This document shows positions 24,516 to 35,106 of a DNA stretch of 64,000 bases, in pieces. The stretch spans positions 1 to 64,000 of the forward strand of contig FLMG01001670.1 in NCBI GenBank assembly GCA_900088475.1, read 5' to 3'. This DNA is from Hyphochytrium catenoides (taxonomy: Eukaryota > Protista > Hyphochytriomycota). How positions within the stretch are numbered: position 1 is the first letter of the stretch; each line of letters begins with the position of its first letter. The notes beneath the pieces were generated by a model, which saw only the letters and a list, made by a program, of their open reading frames with translations, did no database searches and was not told the origin of the DNA. The position numbers and the translations under genes are program-made.

Positions 24516-27308
24516 ATGGCAACGTTCACTGTGGTCCCCAAGCTCCTCTGCATTATCACCCATCAGACGCTGGAGAATGGGGGCAGACATGAGCATCTTG
24601 ATCCTTTTTTCCAAGCCCTAGAAACCAAGAACATTGATCTACACCTCTGCTCCGACGGCGACGACTATATGAAGGCCGTAAGCTGAGACTTCGTTTCTCT
24701 TCTAAGCTATATCTGTCCTAACTGCCTACCAGTGACAACGTCTAGTCTGTCATAACCCTACCTCCCTCACTTTTGCCCTCATCCCTTTGTTTGCTCTCTC
24801 TCTCTCTCTCTCTCTCTCCCTATCTCTCTCTCTCTTCCTCTCTTTCTCTCTCTCTCTCTGACCCTGCTGTTTATGTTATTTTCTTTTGTCTATTAGTTCG
24901 ATGCCAAGCTATATACTGCGGTCGTTATTTACTTCACGGGAGACAAGCAGAACATGACCCGCACGACGGACATTATTAAGCGAATTGCAGGGGTCAGAGG
25001 CAGGCAGTTTATCATTGTGTTCAACCCTGAGGCAGCAGAGTCCTTCCGCATACGGTGCGAGTGATGCTCCTCCCCTCATCTATCATCGCACTGGTTGCAA
25101 CTAGACTCCTTCGCGCTGTTCAGCCAAATCGGCTTCACCTCACTTGGCTCCTGGGCACCTTATTTCGCTGTCCTTCCCTCTTTCTATCCATTCCGGAAGG
25201 CTCTTTCCTCTCTCTCTTTGTCCGTGGTGGGGATCTTCGTCTCTTGTTTGAGTGACTCTCCTAGTTCTTCCTTTCTGAACCATAAAGAAGTGGACATCAT
25301 AAGGAGGCCCCGCTATCTCCTGCTACTTCTTACATTCCCCTTTCAGCGTCAGTGTCTCCTAGTTAGCACTAGCGATGAAACTCTCACTGGCTTTGGCTGC
25401 TTTTTCTTCCATCGATGTAGCGCATCTTGCATAGATAGCGGCGCGGCAATGGTGACGGGCGCCGTGAATGACATCGTGCAGGTGATTCAGGTGCTGGGCC
25501 GGCATCGCCTGCAGCAGGAGCAGGCGCGAGCAGTGAACCTGCCTTCTACATTCTCCTGCCCTATTTGCGGAGAGGAGCGGCTCAGTGAGGATCATCTATG
25601 TGAGCACTACCAACTATTCCATCAGAACCTCTCAAACAGGTAGGAAACCGACGGTAGTAGTTCGGTCTCTTTGCGGGATTATCCTTTTTGATTCTCTGGT
25701 CCGGCTACTTCTCCATGTGCGCGGGCCCGTCTTGTGTCTTCTAATGAACCGAGTGAGCACACTTTCTCTTATGTATGTGATGTTTTCTTGTCGAACTCAG
25801 TCCCGATTCTTATTGAATGGATGAGTTATGGTCTAGCATCGCGCCGTAGCCATCTTTCGTCCATCTGTCACCTGATATGCTGGACAATACGCTACACGAG
25901 AACTTTGCACACCTAGTGTTAGCCGTTCTTGTTGCGTGTTATCAAACATTCTCTTAGTTTTTAGTCTCTCCTTTGCGCTCTTCCCTCCTTTGCGCTTGTT
26001 CTCTCGCTGTCCCATACTCTTTTCTCCTGGCTTGTGTGGTGTTGCTCCTCCTCCTACAGCCATGCAGGTCTGATATTTGTTACGTTTGACCTCTTTGGAA
26101 ATTTTGTTTGGTGTCATTGCTCCTACAGAACTGCCAGTAGATGTCCTGTTTGCGGTTCTAGTTGCGATAAGAAGAACCCCTTATCAGTCCATCTTCATGA
26201 CATGCATGGCCCTAACGGTCGTAATAAAGCTATGGTAAGCGAGAGACGACCATGCACCCACTCGCCTGATCCCCTTTGTAGTGGTTTTAGTTCCTCGTGA
26301 ACACATCCCTCTCTCCCCATATTTCTTTCTTCTCCACTGCGTGGCACTACCCATCCGAGGATTAGTCTGGCATCTGTACTTCGCCCTTTTCTCGGACCTA
26401 TGAAGCTGCGTGATGCCTAAATAGCTGTATGATACTTGGTCTCAGCATAGAAAAGAACGAGTGGTGCCCACGTATTCTTTCGCCCTCGTTGTCTGTATGA
26501 GAGAAGATGGAAAAATGCTCCTTGTCCAGGAGCCAGCTAGTTGGGGCTGGTGGCTACCTGGTGGCCGTGTAGATCCTGGTACTCTACAACTCCTAGCATT
26601 TTCAATATGAGCCTCCCTTTACTCTATCTTTCTTCTGCCCTGTCACAGGCTCTCTCCTCTCTCCCACGTCATCACTGTTCCTTGACACTTCTTAACGTTA
26701 GGGGAGGACTTCCAAACGGCAGCAATACGAGAGACCTTGGAGGAGGCAGGTGTCAAAGTTAAACTTACAGGTGGGGCAGCCGTCAACCTCACACTGTACT
26801 TTAGATAGGCGTGAGAGAAAAAGATAAGAGGGAACAGAGAACATGGAAAGAGCCTACTTCGTTTACTGACTAGGCCAAAGGTGTCTTGAAGGTCGAGTAT
26901 TCGGCTTATGAGTGGGGCAACAGGCTGCGTGTTATCTTTCTCGCCACACCGGCCAACAAGACTCCAGACGGAATGCGCCCCAAGTCCATCCCAGACTTTG
27001 AGAGCATGGGAGCCGTGTGGGCCACGCTTGAAGATGTTATGGAGCTAGGGTGAGGACTCATGGACTTGCACTGTTCCGCTACTCAGAACCTGAGGGAGAG
27101 GTGGTTATTTCACCTTCCTCAACTCTCCATTTCTCGTCTTGCGCTCTCTCACTGGACTCTACGCCTTCCGTTTGCTCTGTGCCCGTCTAGCATGATGCAG
27201 AAACTACGCGGGAGAGAGCCTCTCGTGTGGATGCAGTATTTAGCAAGTGGCGGTTTCGTCTTTCCTCTCTCTATCCTCTCAATGGAAAATGAGATCACTT
27301 TGAGCTGA
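24516..27308 (+). CDS. Nudix hydrolase (NUDT18-like) with N-terminal receiver-like domain and paired C2H2 (Di19-like) zinc fingers, about 8 exons
   Basis: The Nudix box GGRVDPGEDFQTAAIRETLEEAG is split by an intron. Fingers read CPICGEERLSEDHLCEHYQLFH and CPVCGSSCDKKNPLSVHLHDMH. The C-terminal KLRGREPLVWMQYLASGG is NUDT18-like. The N-terminus CSDGDDYMKAFDAKLYTAVVIY...FIIVFN...CIDSGAAMVT is REC-like. Confidence 0.88.
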
Positions 27309-28359
27309 GGCAAAGTGCAAAGATCTGCTCTGATCCGGGCAAAGCATCAGCTACTTGTGTCGTTCAAGGAGCTGTTGCAAAGCCTCCCAGGAGGTTGCCA
27401 TCTATGTAGAGAGGGTAACAGAAGGTTGGAGACACGGGCAGCGAAGTACGAAGATTCCCAGATAAACTTTGCCGACGCAGCTAGATCCGAGTCCGAGGGT
27501 GTGGAAACATTGAGAAACGTTACGGAAAGTCCTAGGTCCAGCTTCAGAAGGAGAGCTTTTCCTCAATAGAGGCGAGAAGACAGAAGGGACAATGTAGGAC
27601 CAACTATAAAGCTCGACCGACGTCTCAAGTGGGCCAAAGGTCTCTGAGATAGATGGACTGGCTGCTGACATTGGTAGGGACGCATAAGATCATGTAATAT
27701 ATACTGGCATCAGTAGAACTCGTAACCCCTGGAAGTTAAGGTGGTCTCTCATGTGGGTGCATGGGCTTTAGAGCATGAGGATGATGAGCTAAGAGAAGTC
27801 CTAGTCTAACGATTACAACCGTTCACTAATGGAGTACCAGCACAGGCAGTCTACTGGATACTCCCTTCCTACTATCTTGGCTTCCTCGTTAACCCTATGT
27901 ACTTCTCAATGTTGACAGTTTGAGTCCCCTGTCTTAGTACAGGGGTACGGTGTTGCCAGTGAGCCTCGCGCCGTAAAAGGTACCGTCCACGCTATGGACA
28001 CCAGCCCGACCGACCGCATAAGAGAAATGATAAGCATTGATTACCAAGTCCACGAGGGCCAGGCAGTGGGTGCTAGCACTATATTTTGAAAGAGGAGTAG
28101 AGTCTTTTGAAATGAAGCCAGCACGGCTCAGATGTGGCGAATGTCTCCCAGTAGGGTGAAAAGGTAAGAAGCCACTGTTATGGTCTTTCACAGAGATGTT
28201 GAGATGGGTTAGGGACAAGTGTGAAGAGGCTGACAGTGATGCTTGCGGAAGGTGTTCCACGAGCCCCTTAAGGTTTGAGTTAAGGCCCCTTGTGGCACTC
28301 TGAACAGCACGTGGACTATAAGAACCACTGTTGCTGCCACCCCATGGTAGTCCTGTTGG

Positions 28360-29340
28360 CTTCTAGTCACTGATAGTCCTCTTTTGGGGAATGTCCATAG
28401 TCAAGCTTTGCGCTGGGCAATCCCTCGGCGTTATCCCCTTCCACTTGTCCTCTCCTTTACGAAGAAGTACATCGCGTTCTATGAACTAGGGCCTTCGCCC
28501 GAGGATCTGGAACACTCGAGCTCTAATGTAAGACTGGTTGTTTTGCCAGGTCGTCCGTAGGAAGAGCTTAGGACTGGCCAAGTTCCTGCAGCATAGATCC
28601 AAACATTGAAGCTCGCACGCCCGCTGCCGTAACGAACCTCAATCTGTATCGCTTGTAGAGAGTACTGGCGACTGCCTTCCTGACCTCCATTCAAAAGCTC
28701 CTAGCTCTTAGGCACACAAATATTCAAAGTTATGGACCTCCTGCTGGTCAAGCCCTTGGCCCAATCCACATCTGCATAGTAGTTCTAGCTGGAGCGTGGC
28801 TGCAGGGTCGTTTTGTTCCCATCAAGAGCCAGCTGATAGTGTTTGCTCTTTGAGTTCCCTAGTACTTCTACTATGATATACACCAAAATCAGGCCTCTGG
28901 CTACCATCAGACATATTACAGGCCCCGCTGCTTCGCGCTATGGGAAGGCGGTTAAGCGGGAATATTTCTTTAGCTATGAAAGATGAAGAGCTTTCCCTGT
29001 GCTAAGCGCTCTAACACCTCTTGTACGATTGTATTGGGCAAAGAGCCAATTGCCCTCTATGTCGGTCTCATCGGATTTAAATGATTAAAGGATTATGGAG
29101 GCAGTAACCAGTTCACCAAGGTCCTCGACCTCAAAGTCCTGATGTGGCTGATTCTGAGGACGTTTCATATCGTTTCGGCATGATCGTTGGACTTGCCAAC
29201 CTTCACAGGCCCCATGCAAGAAATGCCATCATCACTCATGGCTAAAGGAATGATCCCGCACAGTAGCTTTTCCCTAGCGTGAGCTCCCCATTGCTCTGGA
29301 GATAGCCGCAGTTATAGACTGCCCCAGATAACCTGCGAGA
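28360..29340 (-). mobile_element. Decayed Ty1/copia LTR-retrotransposon pol remnant (RT + RNase H)
   Basis: Broken minus-strand frames read, in order: IIPLAMSDD (YVDD site), FEVEDLGEL, QEVLERL, FP*REAAGPVICLMVA/RPD, YYADVDWAKGLTSRRSIT, GAFEWRSGRQSPVLST, MLQELG, NNQS, YFFVKE. These are collinear with copia RVT_2 and RNase H consensus. Confidence 0.8.
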
Positions 29341-29520
29341 TACGGCATCGTGCCTCAGATCAACCAGAGAGTGTGTGACGCTTCACAGCACCCACATCAA
29401 GAAGAGAAGAAGTCACGGACACCTGGAAGAGGTAGAAGTATACCAAAGACACCTCCTGTTAACGAAGCACGCTGTGGCCCGCACAATGCAGCAGGAAAGA
29501 GGAGCTCCCATGACGACGAG

Positions 29521-29571
29521 CAGCAAGCAGCGGCAGCAGCAGCAAGCAGCAGCAGCAGCAGCAGCAGCAGG
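29521..29571 (+). repeat. Imperfect (CAG)n trinucleotide microsatellite
   Basis: cagcaagcagcggcagcagcagcaagcagcagcagcagcagcagcagcagg. Confidence 0.9.
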
Positions 29572-29994
29572 AGCTAGCGCTGGTCTCCGTCAATGTTTCA
29601 ATGAGAGGCGGAGTCTTCAGTAAGATGACCACTGGGAAACAAGATAAGTTGTGACGATTGAAGAATGATGGCCGGTAACGTCCAGATGTCAGTTGGGTAT
29701 TGAACACCTAGAGAACTGTACCTTTCTGTCTCTCTCTCTCTACTTCTATGCCTCTATCTCTTGTTTCCCTGAAGCCTTGTATTATACCTACTCTTTCTAG
29801 CGTAAATTCCCCTCTATCTCGCAAACTACTGCCACCACCCTTAGAGTTCTCCTCTTGCCTCTGAGTCTTCTATCTCACCTCCCAGCGCGCTGTATTAAGC
29901 CCTCTGAAGAACGACTCTACCTCGCATATCAGCCCCTCTGTCTCTCAAGTCAACAACCACGCTTTGGCCCATCAGTTTGTACAGACAANNNNNN

Positions 29995-30031
<37 letters not shown>

Positions 30032-30427
30032 CTCTGTGTATTGGTGTCTCTCTCTTCCCCTCGTTCTTGGGTATCGCTTCGGTCCTTTGACCTTCATCTG
30101 TCCTGTTCCTCCTCCTTTCTTCTTCGTTCTCCAGCTGTCACTGACCTTCCCTTCGCCTTGTTGCTCTCCTTTACTGTCTCTCTCCAGGTTCCTTCTCAAC
30201 TTTCTCTCTTCATATCCAGTTTCTCGTCTCTGTAACTCTCCAGGAAGCTTTTCCCAGTCGGCCTGCTTGCACCATCGTTGTGTGATCAGTCTTGAACTGC
30301 TATAAGCCTTCTCATACCCGCGTTTGGTCTCGCACCTTTGACGTCAGCAACCGCGCACATCCTAGGTGTGCACACAGTTTCCCTCAGCAGCTTGCCAATA
30401 TCCGCTAAGATTGCAGAGTTCAACGGA

Positions 30428-30493
30428 CAGGACAGGCTTTACACTCTTCTGGTCGCAGTTACACTCAGGACAGGCTTTACATTCTTCTGGTCG
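30428..30493 (+). repeat. 28-bp direct repeat, 2 copies, just upstream of the hydrolase ATG
   Basis: CAGGACAGGCTTTACA(C/T)TCTTCTGGTCG at 30428-30455 and 30466-30493. Confidence 0.9.
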
Positions 30494-30515
30494 TTCAGAG
30501 CGCTCTCCTTGGAAG

Positions 30516-31858
30516 ATGGCGCTAATTCTCCGTCGTGCAGCTTTGAGAAGCCGTGAGATTCCTGTTACCAAGTCTCTGCTGCACTATCAAGCTGCATCTG
30601 TGTCCAGCGTCGCCTCTCCAGCCGAGGATGTTGCCCTAGACAGCCAGGAAGTGACTCCATCCGATCCTGAGAAGCTCTCACTCTCCATTGGAAGTGGGCA
30701 TACTGTTCGGTATACGGACAAAGGCAGTGGGGACCTTGTCGTTGCTCTCCATGGCTCTCCTGGCTCTGCTAGGGACTTCCGATGGCTGGGGACACACCTA
30801 GAAAGTATGGCGAGGCTTGTTCGAATTGATTTGCCCGGACAGGGAGATACACCGCTGCACAAAGCGGGTTATGAAGGCCTTACGATCGAAGAAACGGCAG
30901 AGGTGGTCAGCCGTACAATGGACACGATCCTAGAGCGAGAGGGAGATGGTAAGGAAGAGCTGAGAGTTTCTCTAGGTCGATACTGCCACCCCTGTGACTT
31001 AGAGTTCTGTCCTTCAAGCTTCGTCCTGTAAATTCAGTCACTTGCCTTCTCCATACTTCCAGTTTGTCATGATGGCTCTTCCCTCCTCTTCCCCACTGAT
31101 CCTCTCTCTTTTTGGCTGCCTTTAACTCTTCTCTACCCATCAATGTGTGCTTAGGGACTCGAAAGTACGTCGTGGTGGGACATTCAATTGGTGGTCCTCT
31201 TGCTATCAAGCTAGGAGCTGTGGACCCACGCGTCAAGGGTGTCGCTGTACTAAACCCTGTCTGCGTGACTCCTCACAAAGGGCTCGGACCTAAATGGCTA
31301 AGGGACTTCGCTGGACTTCAGATAAAGAGGGACAGCGCGCTGCTGCCATTCTTAAAGCCGATCATTAAAACTTTCTATAAAATCAGCGGCTTCTCGAGCT
31401 CCATTCCTCTGGAGGAGCTACTAGTGGCAGTGGTTCGGGCTCACGAGCTGGACTTTAGGCAGCTGAGAGCAAATGCTGAGAATCTGAAGGTGAGAGGTTT
31501 CTGTCGCTATGAAAATGAGCCAGTCCTGCCTGTTTGTTCTGATGACCTTTGTCACCGTCACTTGATGCCTATAGTTAATCGTGTTCCACTGCTGTAATCA
31601 TTCTTTGGCCTTTATATTGTCTTTGTTCTATCATTTTCCCCTAATCGACCTAAGTCGAGTTGTCTCTGCTCGTAGCTTCCTGCCTTCATGGCGTGGGCTG
31701 AGGATGATCCTCTCATCCAACCCCATATCTCAGAGGAGCTGGCCACTATTCTTCCTGCAGGGCCTCGGTTAGGCTACAAGAAGGGAGGCCACAACGTGCA
31801 GAAGACTCAGGCCGAAGAGGTTGCCCAGAAACTTCACCAATGGATGAGAACTCTTTGA
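30516..31858 (+). CDS. Alpha/beta-hydrolase with probable mitochondrial presequence, 3 exons
   Basis: MALILRRAALRSR start, oxyanion ALHGSPGS, IDLPGQG, nucleophile GHSIGG, acid AEDDP, His in GGHNVQK; ends HQWMRTL*. Confidence 0.92.
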
Positions 31859-32440
31859 ATAGCCAGAGGAATGGCGGGACACAGAGTGGTCATGAGACCC
31901 CAGCTAGAAACAGAGTTCCCAAAGTAATATGCCCAGACTCTTTAGGGGTTGAGAGTCCTCCTTTTCTGTTCTAGGGATGGGAAAGGGATGATGAGGATCC
32001 TCTTCGGTTAACCTAGATTACTCTTATTTAATGCAACTAGCGCCATCGATCTGGCCAAGTGGTACGTTTTGTTAGCGCTTCTCCTGATCTTCTATCATGC
32101 CTAGCTTCCTATTTGCTATCTTTATCTTCTCCGTAACTATTCAAAGCCTAGAGGCAGGAGGCTAGGTTTGAACGGGAACAAGGTCATTTCTCTGTTTTTT
32201 TAGTAAAACGTTACTAGTGCCCATTCGGACAGTGAGCAGAGGGCACTTCCACTCCACAGAACACACATAAAAAGCGAGACGACCCCAGAACGAGGAAGCA
32301 CAGACTATGCTTCTAAACGACTCACAGGCTTCCCACATACAGATCCATAATTGACCTGTTGAGCTCCGTTGCCCATGAGAGCAGCTAAGCGATGAGCCCA
32401 TTCCTTGTCCCATGACATGGCCTTTTCATAGGCTTTGGTG

Positions 32441-34393
32441 TTAGACGACGGACTTAACATCAACTACCGGAAGCACCTCCCCATCCTGGGTAGAGGTCTC
32501 TTGGTGGTGGCTCTCCTGCACTACAGCAGGAGCAATTGCTTCTTCAGACTCGGCCCTTGTCTCCACCTCACTCTGTTCTACAGAATCACTGGCCTCTTCG
32601 TCGCCCTTAACCTCTCCTGCTTCCTCAGAAACGGTTGACTTCTCGTCGACCGCCTTCTCCTCTTCTTCGTGGACCTCGAGACCCTCAAGCCCTTCCGTAG
32701 AGCCAATATGGACAGCTGACAGGCCAGTCAGGGGTATCTCCCCACGTCGGCGTCGGAGCCAGGTTTCTCCATCGGAAGCTCCGTCATCACAAAGCTTAGA
32801 CTCCGGGTCCCCCAGATAATTTTCATACCACTGTGGAACGCCTCTTCTCACTTTCAGCGTCTTCCTATCGACAACATCCATATTGACCTTTGGCGTTGTG
32901 ACTGAAGTAGTGTAAGTCTCATACAAAGACTCCAGCGTGTTCTCGGCACATCGGACTGCAATACCATTAAAGTAGCACCGACAAAGAGCAGCGTCGCCCT
33001 CTAGGGTAGGCGAAAGCTTGCGACTCCACCCAGGATCCATGAACATGTCCACCTGGTTCCCAAAGTGTAGTCCATCTTCAGGGTCCGCTGGGTCGTTGAG
33101 ATGCAAACGAAGGAAAGGGATGTCTTTCTCGATAAGATCTTTCTCTTCCTGTTCTTCCCCATAGTAAGGGTCATACCAGTAGACGACGGTCTTGGTCTTC
33201 GTTCTATAACTATTCCCTTGTGAAGTTAAGGTCCGACATTTCTTTCCTTGCATCTCCCCATACATCCAGTCATTTATCCCTTGCTCGAGCTCAGTAGCAA
33301 GCTCTCTCTCAGTCTTGTCCGGCTCACTAAGGACCAAGATGTCGAGGTCTAAGTCCCAAGGAATTGTCCCATCATGGCGGTAGATACCGATGGCGGCCCC
33401 GTAAACCATAATATAAGAGTGATCTGTGGCGCTGAAGGCTTCCTCGATGGTGCTGATGCTGGACTCATAGAGTAAAGAGAGGGATGATGAGTTGTCTCGA
33501 TCGAAAGTTCTGCGGTTCGGATCTTTCAGCCAAGTGCACTCAGGCAACTCTGCTGCCGTCCTCCACCTTTTGAGCTGGCGCTTCTCCGGCTCCTCAGTGG
33601 TCCTCGCTGAAGCTAAATCCTGTGAGGATGGTGGGTTTACGATCTCCTTTTCCGTCTGCTCAACCTCCTTGTGCTCCTGTTGTTCACCTTCTTCTTTATT
33701 CTCTTCTCCTTCCTTCTCCACTCTTACTTGATGCTGCTCTTCTTTTTTGCCTTCTACTGCTTCTTTCCCTCTTATATCGCCCCCTTCCACGTGTTCTTCC
33801 GCATCTCCCTTTGGTTCATCACTCTTTTGTCCTTGCTCTGCTTCGTCTATTATCTTTGACCCAGGTCCACCATCTTCCCGACTTTCTTCTGCTCTTACTG
33901 CTGGCTCCGTCGTCTCCTGAGAAGAGAGATATGGCTCTACTGAGATATCCTGTGAGTCTGTGAGTCCATTCCCTATCTTCTTCTCAACAGCAAAATCTGA
34001 AACTATCGAATCGTCGATAAGGTCACTTGGTCCATTCTTGACACTGATCCCTGTTCGGGCATTGTCTGAGTGTGCCTGGATGCCGGGTAGGTCAGGGTAC
34101 CTGGCAAGGAGAACCTGCTCGCCGTTTCTAAGGTTGTGCCTGATGGATGCTTGGAGTGGAGCCATGACCATCAGATTCTTGGGAAGAAGGCTGGGCCTGA
34201 GGAGCAAGATGCCGATATAGATGACCCAAACCAGCGAGAAGCCCAACGTGAAGCTCTTTAAAAATCTGGGCCTGTGAGGGCTTTGGAGCTTTTCAGACTC
34301 ACAACTAACGTTCTCCGCAGGATAGCTCTCGGCATTGGATCGTCGCCGCAAGGACTGCCCGACGTCATCGTCAGGTGCATTCTGAAATTCCAT
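32441..34393 (-). CDS. LicD/fukutin-related phosphotransferase, type II membrane protein, intronless
   Basis: One TM segment (FTLGFSLVWVIYIGILLL), a long acidic stem, the LicD motif YGAAIGIYRHDGTIPWDLDLDI, a later VDMF, and an acidic C-tail. Confidence 0.88.
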   Translation of the reverse strand: MEFQNAPDDDVGQSLRRRSNAESYPAENVSCESEKLQSPHRPRFLKSFTLGFSLVWVIYIGILLLRPSLLPKNLMVMAPLQASIRHNLRNGEQVLLARYPDLPGIQAHSDNARTGISVKNGPSDLIDDSIVSDFAVEKKIGNGLTDSQDISVEPYLSSQETTEPAVRAEESREDGGPGSKIIDEAEQGQKSDEPKGDAEEHVEGGDIRGKEAVEGKKEEQHQVRVEKEGEENKEEGEQQEHKEVEQTEKEIVNPPSSQDLASARTTEEPEKRQLKRWRTAAELPECTWLKDPNRRTFDRDNSSSLSLLYESSISTIEEAFSATDHSYIMVYGAAIGIYRHDGTIPWDLDLDILVLSEPDKTERELATELEQGINDWMYGEMQGKKCRTLTSQGNSYRTKTKTVVYWYDPYYGEEQEEKDLIEKDIPFLRLHLNDPADPEDGLHFGNQVDMFMDPGWSRKLSPTLEGDAALCRCYFNGIAVRCAENTLESLYETYTTSVTTPKVNMDVVDRKTLKVRRGVPQWYENYLGDPESKLCDDGASDGETWLRRRRGEIPLTGLSAVHIGSTEGLEGLEVHEEEEKAVDEKSTVSEEAGEVKGDEEASDSVEQSEVETRAESEEAIAPAVVQESHHQETSTQDGEVLPVVDVKSVV

Positions 34394-34874
34394 TTCTTTG
34401 ATTAGCAGCACTTAGCGTTCTAAAATACTGCTCATACTCCTTGTCTCAAATGAGCTGTGATAGGCGTGGGTGTGCTCGAGCGACGAGAGAAGCGGAATTA
34501 TCGCGCACGATGCGATGGAGATCGCAGAATGAGTGCAGTAGGGCGAGGCCATCACAATGGGATGCTTCTTGGATTTTAGGAGCTGCCTCACTGCAAGGAA
34601 GCCTTTGTTCAAAGATAAACGAGGAGCACAGATGTCTCTCCTCCGCTCCATCGGTACTTTATGTGGTAGCTGTCTCTGCAGCTGTATCTGCAATGTCCAA
34701 TAAGTTTACGCTACACTTCTTCTTCACTCCTCTCTCTTCATAGTTCCTATACGAGCCTGAACTGTCTTGTCCCTTCCAATCTCACTTCTGCTGGCTCTCT
34801 GAGTCCGCTTCAGATAGTAGTACTCGTAGTATCTGCAACGAGGGATGAGGGGCTCCACAACCACCTGCGAAAGG

Positions 34875-35054
34875 TGAGAGAGAGGAACGAGAGCAACAGA
34901 GTGTAGAGAGAGAGAGTGTAGAGAGAGTGAGGGTAGAGAGACAGAGGGTGGAGCGAGAGAGAGACAGAGAGACAGAGAGACAGAGACAGAGAGAGTGAGC
35001 GAGAGAGAGAGAGAGAGAGAGAGACGGAGAGAGAAGAGAGAGAAAAAGAGAGAG

Positions 35055-35105
<51 letters not shown>
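34875..35105 (+). repeat. Compound (AG)n microsatellite
   Basis: Long GA/GACA-rich tract; source of spurious ERER/SLSL ORFs. Confidence 0.95.

Positions 35106-35106
<1 letters not shown>

Noticed and set aside
29350-29707. PolyQ/polyA/polyC ORFs
   Set aside because: Products of the CAG microsatellite beside the copia relic.
30428-30493. Repeat-spacer-repeat pattern as a possible CRISPR array (also 43334-43495)
   Set aside because: Only two copies, a 10-bp spacer or tandem layout, eukaryotic context and no cas genes.
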